A stretch of 60,914 nt of DNA, filler included, from Basidiobolus ranarum (GCA_040143965.1; 6 parts of 6 records of this genome joined end to end with filler, not necessarily neighbours in it); one strand, 5' to 3'. Positions 38,399 through 49,519 are shown, numbered from the whole stretch's first letter. The notes: generated by a model not told the origin, from the sequence alone. Made by a program: numbers and translations.

Positions 38399-40265
38399 GA
38401 TTATTGGTATGTTAGGTATAGAAGGGGATTGTAAAAGTATTCGATGTTCTGAACTTCGTTCTTGTTTCTCTTTATATAAAGCAACGTGGCGCTGAGAACT
38501 CATCTCAATATTTGTTAAAATGAAAATCTTGATTTTATCACGAATATGGCTACCGGCTACAGTCTATCAATAGAGCATGTAAGTATCGTTGAGTGACAGT
38601 TCCATATAGAAGTTCTATTTGCAGCCCAAACGATCTCAGGAATCTTGGAGAGTTGTCATCATGAACGGTAGGTTGTGACTGTTTGAGGGGCTTCATCCAG
38701 GCTTAACGAACTCTAAAAATAACTTCAACTTTGGGCTTCAAGCCAACCAACCAGTAAGAGATTTTATTTGCTTGACAACTGTTACCAACGCACGGGAGAA
38801 CCCTTTGCGTTTACTTGTATAGCAATCAAGTCAGTCCGATGTAGTACCACTGAGGTAATCCCAAAGAAGCTTATAGTAGCGCCAACCTTTTTTCATTAAG
38901 ATCACGACGTTAATATAGATTAAATTATCACTAATAACTCCACTGACGCGATGCATGAATCGCCAAGGAGCATACAGACAATCGCCCACATTGGTTCAAT
39001 GAGACATGGAATATATTTAGATTTCCTGATTGAACACTTAGTTATATTGCATTCTGCAGCTTACCCTACTTGGTAGTAGTGTTAAGCTTACGTTGAAGTA
39101 GCTTTTTGAATCAATTATTACAGTTAAACAGCAACCCGCAACCAGCGGCAATGATGAAATTCAGTTTGGCTGGAATCATCCCAGATTTGGTAATTCTGGA
39201 CTAGTTGGGAGGCGCTGAAATACAGTGTTCGTCAAGTCAAAGGATTTCTTAAAATAGATTCCCATTTCGGATCCGATCACGGCCTCTCCGAATAGCGAGG
39301 TGGCAAAAGGGATCGGTTGCCACTTCAACCGGTTTAGTAGCCGTCTGAAGATAAGGATATTTAATAGGTTGTCAGCTTGGTTACTTTCGGGTACAATGGT
39401 TGTGTTGCACACCAATTTCCGAGATAAGCGGTTAAATACATGGTTTGTCTAGACAGAGGATGCATCATACATGGTTACGTAGTACTCAAGTGCCATTACT
39501 ATCAAGCGATCTGCAGCTTCTATTTGTGGGCTTTCAATTAAACCAGTGAGGTAAAGTGCTGAGATGAATTGTCCAACAGGAAGAAAATACGAATACGTTG
39601 AATAAGCGCAGGACTCTCATGGCCACTTAATTCCTATAGTGGGCGGCCTTTGCATAGCCAATCACTGAGATTTTCATACTAGCGGCACGTACTAGTGTTT
39701 AGATTTTCCTTACTCTTTTTGATCAAGATTTCATTTAAACTCCATTGAGTAGTGTGATAGATATTAAGGATTGATGCTGCTGTTCGTGTGGGGAAGCACC
39801 TGATTGCATTGTTTGTCATTGTAGTGTGTCCGCTATGGTTATGATATTGGCTCCAAAATATCATTTTCTGTATTTGCGCAAGATACATGTATTATTCTCT
39901 GTGTAAGAGTTCTCCCATAATTTTACATGTAGTCATCGAGTGTAATGGTAGAATCAAGTTTTTTAGGCAATGGCCCAACTACCCAGTCTATTTCCTAAGA
40001 ATCATGTCTAATATTTCAGTAGATTCCACATGTTTATTCAACGCAACGGGAAAAATATGGAATGGTAATGCTAAATATCAAATATCTGAGGATACTGCTG
40101 AACAAACTAGATTTGGACAAGAGAAATACTGATATTAAGGCAAAGGTAGTTAGATAATGACAAAACACTAGAGAAATGGAAAATAATCAGCCAACTTAAC
40201 ATACTGATTAGTTTGACTATAATAAAGATTTCAAGTCTGAATTTTGTGACTCCTCTGCTAGTTGT

Positions 40266-40382
40266 TGTTGAAGTATTTTGGGATCCTGTTGGAAGCGGTT
40301 TGGAGAACTAGGGAAATTGGCAGTTTTCACTTATTGATTTATTGAGTTGAAAGTTTTATTTATAGTTTTGTCAATATGTAAA
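40266..40382 (-). mobile_element. Partial copia LTR
   Basis: TGTTGAAGTATTTTGGGATCCTGTTGGAAGCGGTTTGGAG matches the LTR family end. Confidence 0.7.
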
Positions 40383-40606
40383 ACTTTAAGATGGGGAATC
40401 AATGGTATGTAAGCCAAATATGAACGATATTTACCTGATTCAGTGATTGCCAATTGTGTGCAAACAGTACATGACTTCAGGTTTTTCAGATCACCGGTGA
40501 AAGCCAAACAACCATTTGGACATGAAGGCAGTTTAATTACTGAAGGATTATAAGTCATACAATTGACAAGTGTTTTCCACTTGTACCAGGTCTGTGGCAA
40601 GCAACA
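40383..40606 (-). mobile_element. CACTA/EnSpm-type transposase remnant
   Basis: CPNGCLAFTGDLKNLKSCTVC...YIPLIPHLK resembles the CxxxC...CxxC...Y.P motif upstream of Transposase_21; interrupted by the LTR fragment. Confidence 0.6.
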
Positions 40607-40706
40607 NNNNNNNNNNNNNNNNNNNNNNNNNNNNNNNNNNNNNNNNNNNNTTAATTAATTAANNNNNNNNNNNNNNNNNNNNNNNNNNNNNNNNNNNNNN
40701 NNNNNN
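40607..40706. other. Artificial contig linker
   Basis: N44-TTAATTAATTAA-N44. Confidence 0.98.
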
Positions 40707-40842
40707 ATGGTTCATTCAATATCATGGGATCTGTCTATTTTGTTAATCAAGAAATACATATAAAGTTATGGTAAATGTGAAAGTATATTCACATCTATAT
40801 ATATAAATATTTCTGGCTCTATTGCAAGGGATTGGGAAGAAA

Positions 40843-40917
40843 TGCTGATCCAACCAGGGACTGAATCTGGGACCCAATCAACTCTAGCAAGTGGCTCCGA
40901 CCACTGAGCTACCAGTC
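40843..40917 (-). pseudogene. Degenerate tRNA or tRNA-derived SINE head
   Basis: GACTGGTAGCTCAGTGGTCGGAGC (A box, D arm) ... CCCAGATTCAGTCCCTGG (decayed B box, T arm); anticodon and acceptor stems broken. Confidence 0.6.
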
Positions 40918-41349
40918 TTTATACTCTGGCTTCTATCAGGCTATGTTTCAGCATAATATATTGACACTACATACAAAGAAGCGACCAGCACATGTCCGTT
41001 CTATCAAATTCTTAAATTAAGCATTAAATATCGAATAGCCATTTACTAGAAGTCCTATACTGGTGATGTACTAGTGTGTTTTCTACAAACTTGAAATTGA
41101 GCAATTGTTCAAAACCAAATTCTTCAAATTACAGGATCACCGACAGGTACAAAACATCACCATAGATTTACCCACCGTTATCCCTCTACATTTACTCACG
41201 TTTATCTTTGCAACAATGGTATACGCCGTACCACAAATAACACCAACAACGAAAGTAAAATTCAATATTTATATTTCTTCCATCTGTTTAATTAGGTTAC
41301 ATGAATATCTTGTTATCTGCATGACGATGGAAGTGAGTAGAAATTAGTT

Positions 41350-44300
41350 TTAAATTTGTTTCTGTAACTCGTTAAATTTTCTTGCTAGAGTACGCCCTAT
41401 TTCAGCCATCGGTAAAGGTCTGTCCATGTCTCGATGTGTACAGTTAATGTCGAAAATCTCAATATCACCAAGAATGTAAGGTTTCCACAAGTCAGGAGAC
41501 ACTAGCGGGATAGACCGATGCTCCACTTTTGTTGCTCGAAAGAAAATTGCGTTATCGCTATAAACAGGTGGTGTAAACCCCTTCAATATCTCGAGATTAT
41601 TTTTGATGACATTGTGCGTTTTTTCCCATAAATATTCGCCGGCATTTGGATCACCTTCGTCACAATAGCGATCTAAAAATCTGATGTACCAACTATCTCT
41701 GTCCGCCTCTGTTTCGTAGTTTGGCGGTGAATATTCCGGATTGATATCTAAAAGAGCAAGTAGCGCTACCTTTTCTCCTTGTTCTTTGAGGCGCGTCGCA
41801 ATGCTGTGAGCAATATAAACGCCTAAAGACCATCCAAGTAGATGATATGGTCCATTAGACTGAACTTTACGTATTTGTTGAATATAATCGGATATCATAT
41901 CATCCATTGTTTTCGCCACCGGTGTCTCGTTGTTGAGTCCGCGAGCCTGTAGACCATATATCGGCTGATCAGGGCCTAAATGTTTAGATAGACCAATGTA
42001 GCCCCAACTTAAACCGGAAACGGCGTGAATACAGAAAAGAGGAGCTCGAGAGCCTTGAGTATTTAAAGGAAGCATTACTGAAAAAGAATTTCGTTGGTGG
42101 TTAGTATCTTTTTCAAGTAGACGTTGCGCCAATTTCGCAACAGTAGGGGCTTCAAATAGCGTGTGTAGAGCAATTTCGACACCCAACATGGTTCGAATAC
42201 GGTTGAGCATCTTAACGGCGAGCAGAGAGTACCCACCAAGCGCAAAGAAATTATCGCAGCGTCCGACAACGTCCAGGTTGAGAGTTTCAGCCCAGATTTG
42301 GGACAGTGCTTCCTCAATTTCTCCTTTCGGTGCTTCGTAAATCTGATGAACAAAGTCACCCTCATCTGGCTCTGGCAATGCTCGGCGGTCTAGTTTGCCG
42401 TTAGATGTCATGGGAAACGTTTCCAGGCGTACAAATGCAGATGGAATCATATATCCAGGCAGTTTACTTTCTAGGTGGACTCGCAACTTGCTAGAGAGCT
42501 GTTCGTCAAATTCAGCTGTGATGTAAGCGATTAAGCGCTTATCACCATCTTTGTCCAGCGCAAGTACAATGGACTCTCGCACCTGGGGATGCTTCATGAG
42601 GAGTGTCTCAATCTCCCCGGGTTCAATTCGAAATCCGCGAATCTTTATCTGAAAATCGTTACGACCCAAAAATTCGATGTTGCCATCTGGTAGATAACGA
42701 GCTAAATCACCAGTTTTGTACATGATTGAACCTTCCAGTGGACAGAAGTGGTCACTTATGAATTTTTCAGCAGTCAACTCGGGTCGGTTTAAGTAACCGC
42801 GTGCAACACCGACTCCCCCAATGTATAATTCTCCTATTGCCCCAAGCGGCACCGGTTGTCCTTGCTTGTTAAGTAAATATATCCGAGCATTTGCAATTGG
42901 ACGGCCGATAGATACCTTTCCATTTGTAAGAGTATTGCACTCACTTGTCCAAATCGTAGCTACATGAGTTTCAGTTGGGCCATAGGCATTGTATATGACA
43001 CCCTGATGAATCATATTCTGAATCAATGTTGAATTAGGTGCCTCCCCTGTTAATATCAATGATAGTGGTTTACTCAAGCTTTGTAGATTTCTCCCATCCT
43101 GCAGAAGCGCAGGTGGTAATATTGCGTGAGTTATTCCATTTATCTCCAAATACTTCCAAAGTTCATCGCGATCTTGACGGACCATATCGGTTGGGATGTA
43201 CAAATTTGCCCCGCGACTTAAGGTTAATAAAATTTCCCAGATACTCACGTCGAAGCTGAAAGATGCAAACTGTAGAACTCGACTGGAAGGCTGAATTTCA
43301 AAGCCGGCCGAAGGAGCCATAATGAGGTTCACGATTGATTTATGTTCCATCATTATTCCCTTTGGCATACCAGTGGAGCCGGATGTGTAAATCACATAGG
43401 CAAGATGTTTTGCAGTCAACGTTTCTACCTTTGGATTAGTAGTGGATGAGTTCAAAGTTCTATCCAGATCCAGTACAGTGAGCGATGCAAGGGTATCATT
43501 GCCTATTGCTCGTCTACCTATCTCATCAGCTATCAGAATCACCGGTTTTACATCAGCAAGAATGTACCCGAGCCTTTCACTCGGATACACTGGATCAAGC
43601 GGTATAACCGCACCGCCAGCTTTCAAGACCGCCAAAAAGGTTACAACAATCGCTGGACTACGCGCCATACACACTGCAATATACATATCTGGTTGAACAC
43701 CCATATCTATTAGTTCATGCGCCAGACGGTTTGCACGCGCATTCAGCTCAGCATAACTAAATACACAATCCTCATATGTTACCGCGGCTGCGTGAGGAGC
43801 ACGCTCGACAATATCTTCAAATAGATGGTGAATACAGAGAAGATCTGGATATGGTGAAGCGGTTTCATTCATTGTTTCGATCAAAGTTTTGCGTTCCTCA
43901 TTAGGAAGTATTTCAAGTTGCGAAACAGGTGCATTTGGTGAATGTTGCAAAGTATCCACCAGACTCTGTAGTGCCTTTTGCATGTAGTCACACACACGAG
44001 CTGGATCATGGGGATAAACGATTTGAGCGGTCAAACCCAGCGAATCGCCAAAATCTTCCACAGAAAGGAGTATTGAATAGTTGGAGCGTTCTTGTGTACT
44101 CAAAATTTCAACTCCAGGTACCGTTGAGCCGACACCTAGTGTCGTAGCATTGTGGCGGTAATTTAGAAGTGTACTGAAAAGTGGTACCCCGGCTGGTAAT
44201 GCTGCACAACGCTGGGCTATAGAAAGAGACGCATGTTCATGCTCAAGCAACATTGCCAAACACTTATGGGTATGAAGCACGGTTTCTAGAACGCCCCGCT

Positions 44301-47300
44301 CATTCACATCTACACGGAATGGTAATGTGTTGATGAATAATCCCATAGCTTTGTCGGCTCCTTCACCTGCGTGCATTCGCCCAAATAATACTGTGCCAAA
44401 AACCACCCGTTCTTGGTCACTGGCGCATGCTAGAACTTGTGCCCACGCCAGATGAAATAAACTGGCCAAGGTCACACCTAATGTTTTGGCTTGAAAGCGA
44501 AGTCGTTCATTTAACTCTTGCGATAACATTTGATGTGCCTCTGTGACCTGTGAACCATCACAGTAGACGTCGGAAAGTCCGAATGGGAGTGTCGGTGCAT
44601 CAACATCACCTAACATATCAGAAAAGAACTTTTCATGCTCTTGATTGCTCAGTCCTGTGCGGGATTGCGCAACTAAGTTTCGGAAATGCTGCGCAGTTGG
44701 CAAATCGCTTTCCCGATTGTTAAAAAATGCCTCCACCTCAGATTGCATCACATCTACCGTAGAGTGGTCACCGATGAGATGGTGAAGCAACTGAAGAAGA
44801 GACCAGCGACCATTACTCTCTTGCGTGATCGCATAGCTCAACAAAGGAGCTTTGGTTATGTCGGTGCGATAATAACAAGGGTCATATTTTTCTAATAACT
44901 GTTCGGAAATTGGCCCATTGGCTGGATTAAAAGTATATTCGGTGACTGCAAGCGACGCTTGACGGCAAACAACCTGGACAGGTGTGGATATATTCTTCCA
45001 AATAAAGGCAGTGCGCAGGATATCATGGCGATCTACTATCCGCTGGATGATATTCAGGTACTTATCAAGCAACTTCCGGTTTTCAAAGGTCATTTGGGTG
45101 ATGACTAAATAGGGATCCCCTTTGTAAGGATCCCCTTTAGCAGCCAAGAGATGATGAAATAGAATTCCATCTTGTAGTGGGGTTAAGCCATAGATATCTT
45201 GGATGTTGGCCACGCCGCCAGGGATCACTTCTGTTATATAGTCAATTTCGGTTTGCGAGAGGTTGACCAGTGAAAGTAAGTCTGGAGTTATTTTTTCAAT
45301 ACCAGGCTTAATTAATCTGGGGGGTATGACTACTTCACGACGTTGGAGTGTTTGGGCAAGCTCACAGAGAGTTGGTTTTTCGAATAACGTACGTATAGAT
45401 ATCTTTAAATTAAGGCGACTTAGACGTTCTATCATCTGCACGGCGAGAAGTGAATTCCCTCCCAGCGAGAAGAAATTATCATGACGACCAATTTCATCCA
45501 AATTTATTAACTCAGTCCAAATCTTCGTCAGTGTAGCCTCGATCTCTCCTTGTGGTGCTTCATAAGATTTCTGGGTAAAATCCTCTCTATCTGGTGCTGG
45601 TAGTGCCTTGCGATCTACCTTTCCATTGGATGTTAATGGTAAAGTATTTAGACGCACGAAAGCGGCTGGCAACATATAATCAGGAAGGTTGGCTGCAATT
45701 AAATCGCGTAGCGCGCTGATAAGTAGCTTCTCTCTGGGTTCCGCCACAATATAAGCTACTAAATGCTTACTGCTGTCCTTGCCCATTACCAGTACGACGA
45801 CTTCCTTAACCTGGGGGTGCCTAATGAGTAGCGCTTCGATCTCGCCTGGTTCGATCCGAAAACCGCGAATCTTAATCTGGTGATCTTTACGTCCAAGAAA
45901 CTGAATGTTGCCATCAGGAAGATAACGAGCCAGATCTCCGGTTTTGTACATACGAGCTCCTTCTTGCTTGCTGAATGGATCGGGAAGAAATCTTTCGTCA
46001 GTCAACTCTGGCCGATTTAAGTATCCGCGCGCGACGCCGGCCCCGCCTATATACAATTCGCCAGTTGCCCCTAATGGCACTGGTTGGCCTGCCCCGTCCA
46101 ACAGGTATATCTGCTTGTTCGCTAATGGTCTTCCAATAGGGATACTGCTTGTTGACTGTTCTTTGTGCAGAGGGATTGTATAAAACGTAGCGAAGGTAGT
46201 GCATTCAGTTGGACCATACCCGTTAATCAGTTGCTGTGGAGGAGTGTTGCCTATTATATTGTTGATAACTGCAGGATTGATAATATCTCCTCCAAAAAGT
46301 AGATATTTTAACTGCGGAAAGATAGGTTGCAGTGGTTCCGCCATTTGGACTAACAAAGCAGGCGTTAAAAACAAGACATTAATTTTCTGCCGTTGCAAAC
46401 ATTGCACAAATATATTTGGGGTGAGAACAGTGTAGTGGTCTACAACGACAAGGGTACCGCCATTTAACAAAGGCGCCCACATTTCAAAAGTAGTTGCGTC
46501 GAAAGCTGGGTTGCATACAAAACCAACACGATCGTTAGGCCCGATGTCAGTGAAGCCATTGTTGATAACTAGAGAAGCAATGGCCCGATGAGGCACCAAC
46601 GCACCGTTTGGGGTGCCAGTTGAACCGGAGGTGTACATTACATATGCCACATCCAAATCTGGAGAGAATAGGTCAAGATTGGCTATTGGTATATCTAAGG
46701 AATTTTTGAAACAAGAGGGGATACGGAACAACTGCATGTTCTCGGTGAGTGAAACATTGGTATGTGTATCAGTTATCAATAGTCGAGCTGCACAATCCAA
46801 AATTATCGAAGTTTGCCGCTCCACGGGAGCATGAGGATCAATAGGAACATATGCTGCCCCCACTTTAAGAACAGCCAATTGAGCAATAACTAGCTCCATA
46901 GAACGCTCAAGCATGGTAGCAATAAAATCACCTGGTTTAATACCTAACTCGACAAGGCGATGTGCGATGTGATTGGCGCTTGTATTTAAATCCCTGTAGC
47001 TTAATGATCGATCTTTGTATACTAATGCGATTGCGTGTGGCGCACGCTGAGATTGCTTTTCAAATAATTGATGAATCCCTTGATTTTCGGGAAATTCACG
47101 CTCCGTTTTGTTCCAGTTAACCAGGAGTTGTTGTCGCTCGTAGGTATGAAGTAAATCGATACCTCCAATTGGGATTGTAGGCTCGTTGGTTAGTGCTTCC
47201 AGTAGTTTCAGGAAACGGGGCATGTGTCCGATCTCGTTATTAACACTAGTTAGTGTTGGGTCCTTTCTGGTGTCAAAAAGTGCATCATTTAGAACATCAG

Positions 47301-48870
47301 GGTCATAAATCCATCGAAAGCTTCCATCTTTTGAACACAATTGAATTGTGAGGTGATCTCCGCGAGCCGCTTCTTGGGAGCTTTGAGTGCCAGTATGTGC
47401 TGGAATGTTGTTGATATCGTCGGAAGTATGATCTAATACTAAGGCTATAACGATATGCCAAGGTCGTAATGAACGCAACCCACTAACATCTTGGAGTTCT
47501 GGGCGACGTGCAATGAGGTCAAGAGGAAATGTAGAGTTCTTTTTCAGAAGTGAACATTCAGTCTCTACCTTTGCACGAACCTCGTTGAAGCAATCCTGTA
47601 AATCGATTTCAATCTCCATTGGCACTACATTGGCTAAGGAATTGCCCATCGCGGATTTAGTTATCATCGGCGCCCAACCCAAATGGAGATGCCTCTTCTC
47701 AGTGATCCGTTTTAAATAAATCAGGAAAGCACTCAAAATGAACTCGACACGTTCAACTTCTGGAAGCTTCAACAAATTGTTGGGGATATTCCATTCAGTC
47801 GCATGCCAGCGTCGTACTGTTCCCGACGTATCATGAACGAAAGGGTGATGAAGTGAGTTGAAACGTTGCAAACGTCTTACCCAGAAAGTCTCTCGTTCTG
47901 CTAACTTTTCATAGGTCTCAGTTAATATGTGGGCATCTGCGTCCGATATCATGGGTAATTGATCGCCTGTGCGAAGCCCTAGTTGTTGCGCCAGTTTCTG
48001 GGCTTCAAATGGCTCTCCAATAAGACTGGTGAATGCGCTAATGCTAACGGTATCACTACCTGTCGCTACATGCCAACCATCAGAGTCGATTTTCAGCAGG
48101 GTTCCTGGTCTACTTTCAGAGCGCTTCTCAAGGACTACCAAGTTTAACACGCGCACAATGCAATTAGACAGCAATAATTTAGGTGTAGCCAACGAGTTTG
48201 GATGAAGATCTCCAAAGTTTAGAGCCCGCACCAAAGCAGAGAGATTTTGAGCCGTTAGCTGCCAGCGCAAAAAACCAGCACCTAAAGGGCGGCGACGACG
48301 TGGATAAAAACTTCTTTTCGCCAAGTCTTGAGGGCAGGATCTTAATGTTCCCAATGCCAAGTTTTCTACTAATTCAGTGAAACCTTTACTCGCTGCTTGG
48401 TAACACTTCAAGTTAAGTGACAGAGCGTTGTCAGTGGAAGAGATGTGTACCGGATACTGTACGTACACATTCCCGGCATCAACTTTACTGATAATGCGGT
48501 GCCAGGTAATTGCGTAGGTGTTTTGGAGCTCTAATAGGGCCCAGGAAGTAGCATGTGTTCCGGCGTAACGAGGTAAGGGAGCGTCATGATAATTAATTGC
48601 GTGACTCATCCTATCTAATAGCGACTCCGGTAGAATGATCGGGTTGACTATCGAAAATAGTACATCCGCTGATCTCTCGTCTAGCATGGTACTAAGCTCC
48701 TCTACTGTGCCCACGCAAGTTATTTTTTCGTTCAAAGCCCAATCTGTAACCAACTTGTCTGTTGGTAACACAGCTTCAATGATATGGCCTGCTGCACATA
48801 GGCGTTTTGCACATTCGATGGTTAGTGTGGTGCCACCGACGATAATACATGAGAAGGAATGTCTGCTCAT
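41350..48870 (-). CDS. Intronless bimodular NRPS, F-C*-A-T-E/C-A-T-TE, 2506 aa, bacterial type
   Basis: Formyltransferase NYHDAPLPRYAGTHA; A domains YTSGSTG.P, YGPTE, YKTGDL, QIKIRGFRIEPGEIE, NGK.DR (twice); T domains LGGNSLL and LGGYSLL; C domain with FHHLLAAKGD and HHLIGD; TE with GWSLG and CTHRDM. Confidence 0.97.
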   Translation of the reverse strand: MSRHSFSCIIVGGTTLTIECAKRLCAAGHIIEAVLPTDKLVTDWALNEKITCVGTVEELSTMLDERSADVLFSIVNPIILPESLLDRMSHAINYHDAPLPRYAGTHATSWALLELQNTYAITWHRIISKVDAGNVYVQYPVHISSTDNALSLNLKCYQAASKGFTELVENLALGTLRSCPQDLAKRSFYPRRRRPLGAGFLRWQLTAQNLSALVRALNFGDLHPNSLATPKLLLSNCIVRVLNLVVLEKRSESRPGTLLKIDSDGWHVATGSDTVSISAFTSLIGEPFEAQKLAQQLGLRTGDQLPMISDADAHILTETYEKLAERETFWVRRLQRFNSLHHPFVHDTSGTVRRWHATEWNIPNNLLKLPEVERVEFILSAFLIYLKRITEKRHLHLGWAPMITKSAMGNSLANVVPMEIEIDLQDCFNEVRAKVETECSLLKKNSTFPLDLIARRPELQDVSGLRSLRPWHIVIALVLDHTSDDINNIPAHTGTQSSQEAARGDHLTIQLCSKDGSFRWIYDPDVLNDALFDTRKDPTLTSVNNEIGHMPRFLKLLEALTNEPTIPIGGIDLLHTYERQQLLVNWNKTEREFPENQGIHQLFEKQSQRAPHAIALVYKDRSLSYRDLNTSANHIAHRLVELGIKPGDFIATMLERSMELVIAQLAVLKVGAAYVPIDPHAPVERQTSIILDCAARLLITDTHTNVSLTENMQLFRIPSCFKNSLDIPIANLDLFSPDLDVAYVMYTSGSTGTPNGALVPHRAIASLVINNGFTDIGPNDRVGFVCNPAFDATTFEMWAPLLNGGTLVVVDHYTVLTPNIFVQCLQRQKINVLFLTPALLVQMAEPLQPIFPQLKYLLFGGDIINPAVINNIIGNTPPQQLINGYGPTECTTFATFYTIPLHKEQSTSSIPIGRPLANKQIYLLDGAGQPVPLGATGELYIGGAGVARGYLNRPELTDERFLPDPFSKQEGARMYKTGDLARYLPDGNIQFLGRKDHQIKIRGFRIEPGEIEALLIRHPQVKEVVVLVMGKDSSKHLVAYIVAEPREKLLISALRDLIAANLPDYMLPAAFVRLNTLPLTSNGKVDRKALPAPDREDFTQKSYEAPQGEIEATLTKIWTELINLDEIGRHDNFFSLGGNSLLAVQMIERLSRLNLKISIRTLFEKPTLCELAQTLQRREVVIPPRLIKPGIEKITPDLLSLVNLSQTEIDYITEVIPGGVANIQDIYGLTPLQDGILFHHLLAAKGDPYKGDPYLVITQMTFENRKLLDKYLNIIQRIVDRHDILRTAFIWKNISTPVQVVCRQASLAVTEYTFNPANGPISEQLLEKYDPCYYRTDITKAPLLSYAITQESNGRWSLLQLLHHLIGDHSTVDVMQSEVEAFFNNRESDLPTAQHFRNLVAQSRTGLSNQEHEKFFSDMLGDVDAPTLPFGLSDVYCDGSQVTEAHQMLSQELNERLRFQAKTLGVTLASLFHLAWAQVLACASDQERVVFGTVLFGRMHAGEGADKAMGLFINTLPFRVDVNERGVLETVLHTHKCLAMLLEHEHASLSIAQRCAALPAGVPLFSTLLNYRHNATTLGVGSTVPGVEILSTQERSNYSILLSVEDFGDSLGLTAQIVYPHDPARVCDYMQKALQSLVDTLQHSPNAPVSQLEILPNEERKTLIETMNETASPYPDLLCIHHLFEDIVERAPHAAAVTYEDCVFSYAELNARANRLAHELIDMGVQPDMYIAVCMARSPAIVVTFLAVLKAGGAVIPLDPVYPSERLGYILADVKPVILIADEIGRRAIGNDTLASLTVLDLDRTLNSSTTNPKVETLTAKHLAYVIYTSGSTGMPKGIMMEHKSIVNLIMAPSAGFEIQPSSRVLQFASFSFDVSIWEILLTLSRGANLYIPTDMVRQDRDELWKYLEINGITHAILPPALLQDGRNLQSLSKPLSLILTGEAPNSTLIQNMIHQGVIYNAYGPTETHVATIWTSECNTLTNGKVSIGRPIANARIYLLNKQGQPVPLGAIGELYIGGVGVARGYLNRPELTAEKFISDHFCPLEGSIMYKTGDLARYLPDGNIEFLGRNDFQIKIRGFRIEPGEIETLLMKHPQVRESIVLALDKDGDKRLIAYITAEFDEQLSSKLRVHLESKLPGYMIPSAFVRLETFPMTSNGKLDRRALPEPDEGDFVHQIYEAPKGEIEEALSQIWAETLNLDVVGRCDNFFALGGYSLLAVKMLNRIRTMLGVEIALHTLFEAPTVAKLAQRLLEKDTNHQRNSFSVMLPLNTQGSRAPLFCIHAVSGLSWGYIGLSKHLGPDQPIYGLQARGLNNETPVAKTMDDMISDYIQQIRKVQSNGPYHLLGWSLGVYIAHSIATRLKEQGEKVALLALLDINPEYSPPNYETEADRDSWYIRFLDRYCDEGDPNAGEYLWEKTHNVIKNNLEILKGFTPPVYSDNAIFFRATKVEHRSIPLVSPDLWKPYILGDIEIFDINCTHRDMDRPLPMAEIGRTLARKFNELQKQI

Positions 48871-48956
48871 TATTTGCTACAGTTTCCTAGCTAGTGTCTA
48901 CTGATTTCAAATTTATAAGGGTTATTTTGGTCTGTCCGAAATCCGTATTTTAACAC

Positions 48957-48966
48957 CTTATATAAG
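48957..48966 (-). promoter_or_regulatory. Candidate TATA box of the NRPS
   Basis: TATATAA about 90 bp upstream of the ATG. Confidence 0.4.
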
Positions 48967-49519
48967 ATAGTTCTAAGGGGTCTATTTATGCTCGTAATCA
49001 TTATAAGAAACAGGGGCGCTATAAATCTAAATTTTCCCCAGGAGCGCAGGGGAATTATAGCAATGCTTAATTAAAGGTCGCAGGGCTAATGCACAGACAC
49101 GACGTAGTTGCGATTGAACAATTCGCACAATCAATATGAACTGTATGGTGATCCCTTGTCTTCCATATTTTCAGCCTACACTAGCCTTCAATCTAGCCTC
49201 ATACTTCTAATACTTACATATGCCGCCTGCTCTATGACTCACTAACATATGATTTCCCAAGGGTTAAGGGGGAAGGAACCACTTGGATACAATAGATTTT
49301 AATTTTGTTGAGTTACATTTTCTGCCTGGATACAAGGATATATGAATAATTGCTTTCTAACCAATTCTTGTCAGAGGGATACCAAACCCTTTCTGCATAT
49401 ATATATAAACAAATGCCACCTCAGAAGTGCAAAAATAGTGTTTTGTGAGAAAGAAAGACAAGTATGTGTGTAAATCAACCAAATTGGCCAGATTTGATGT
49501 AAATGCACATTTAAATAAG

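Noticed and set aside
39130-39700. Possible decayed gene on the minus strand
   Set aside because: Multiple stops and no recognisable family.
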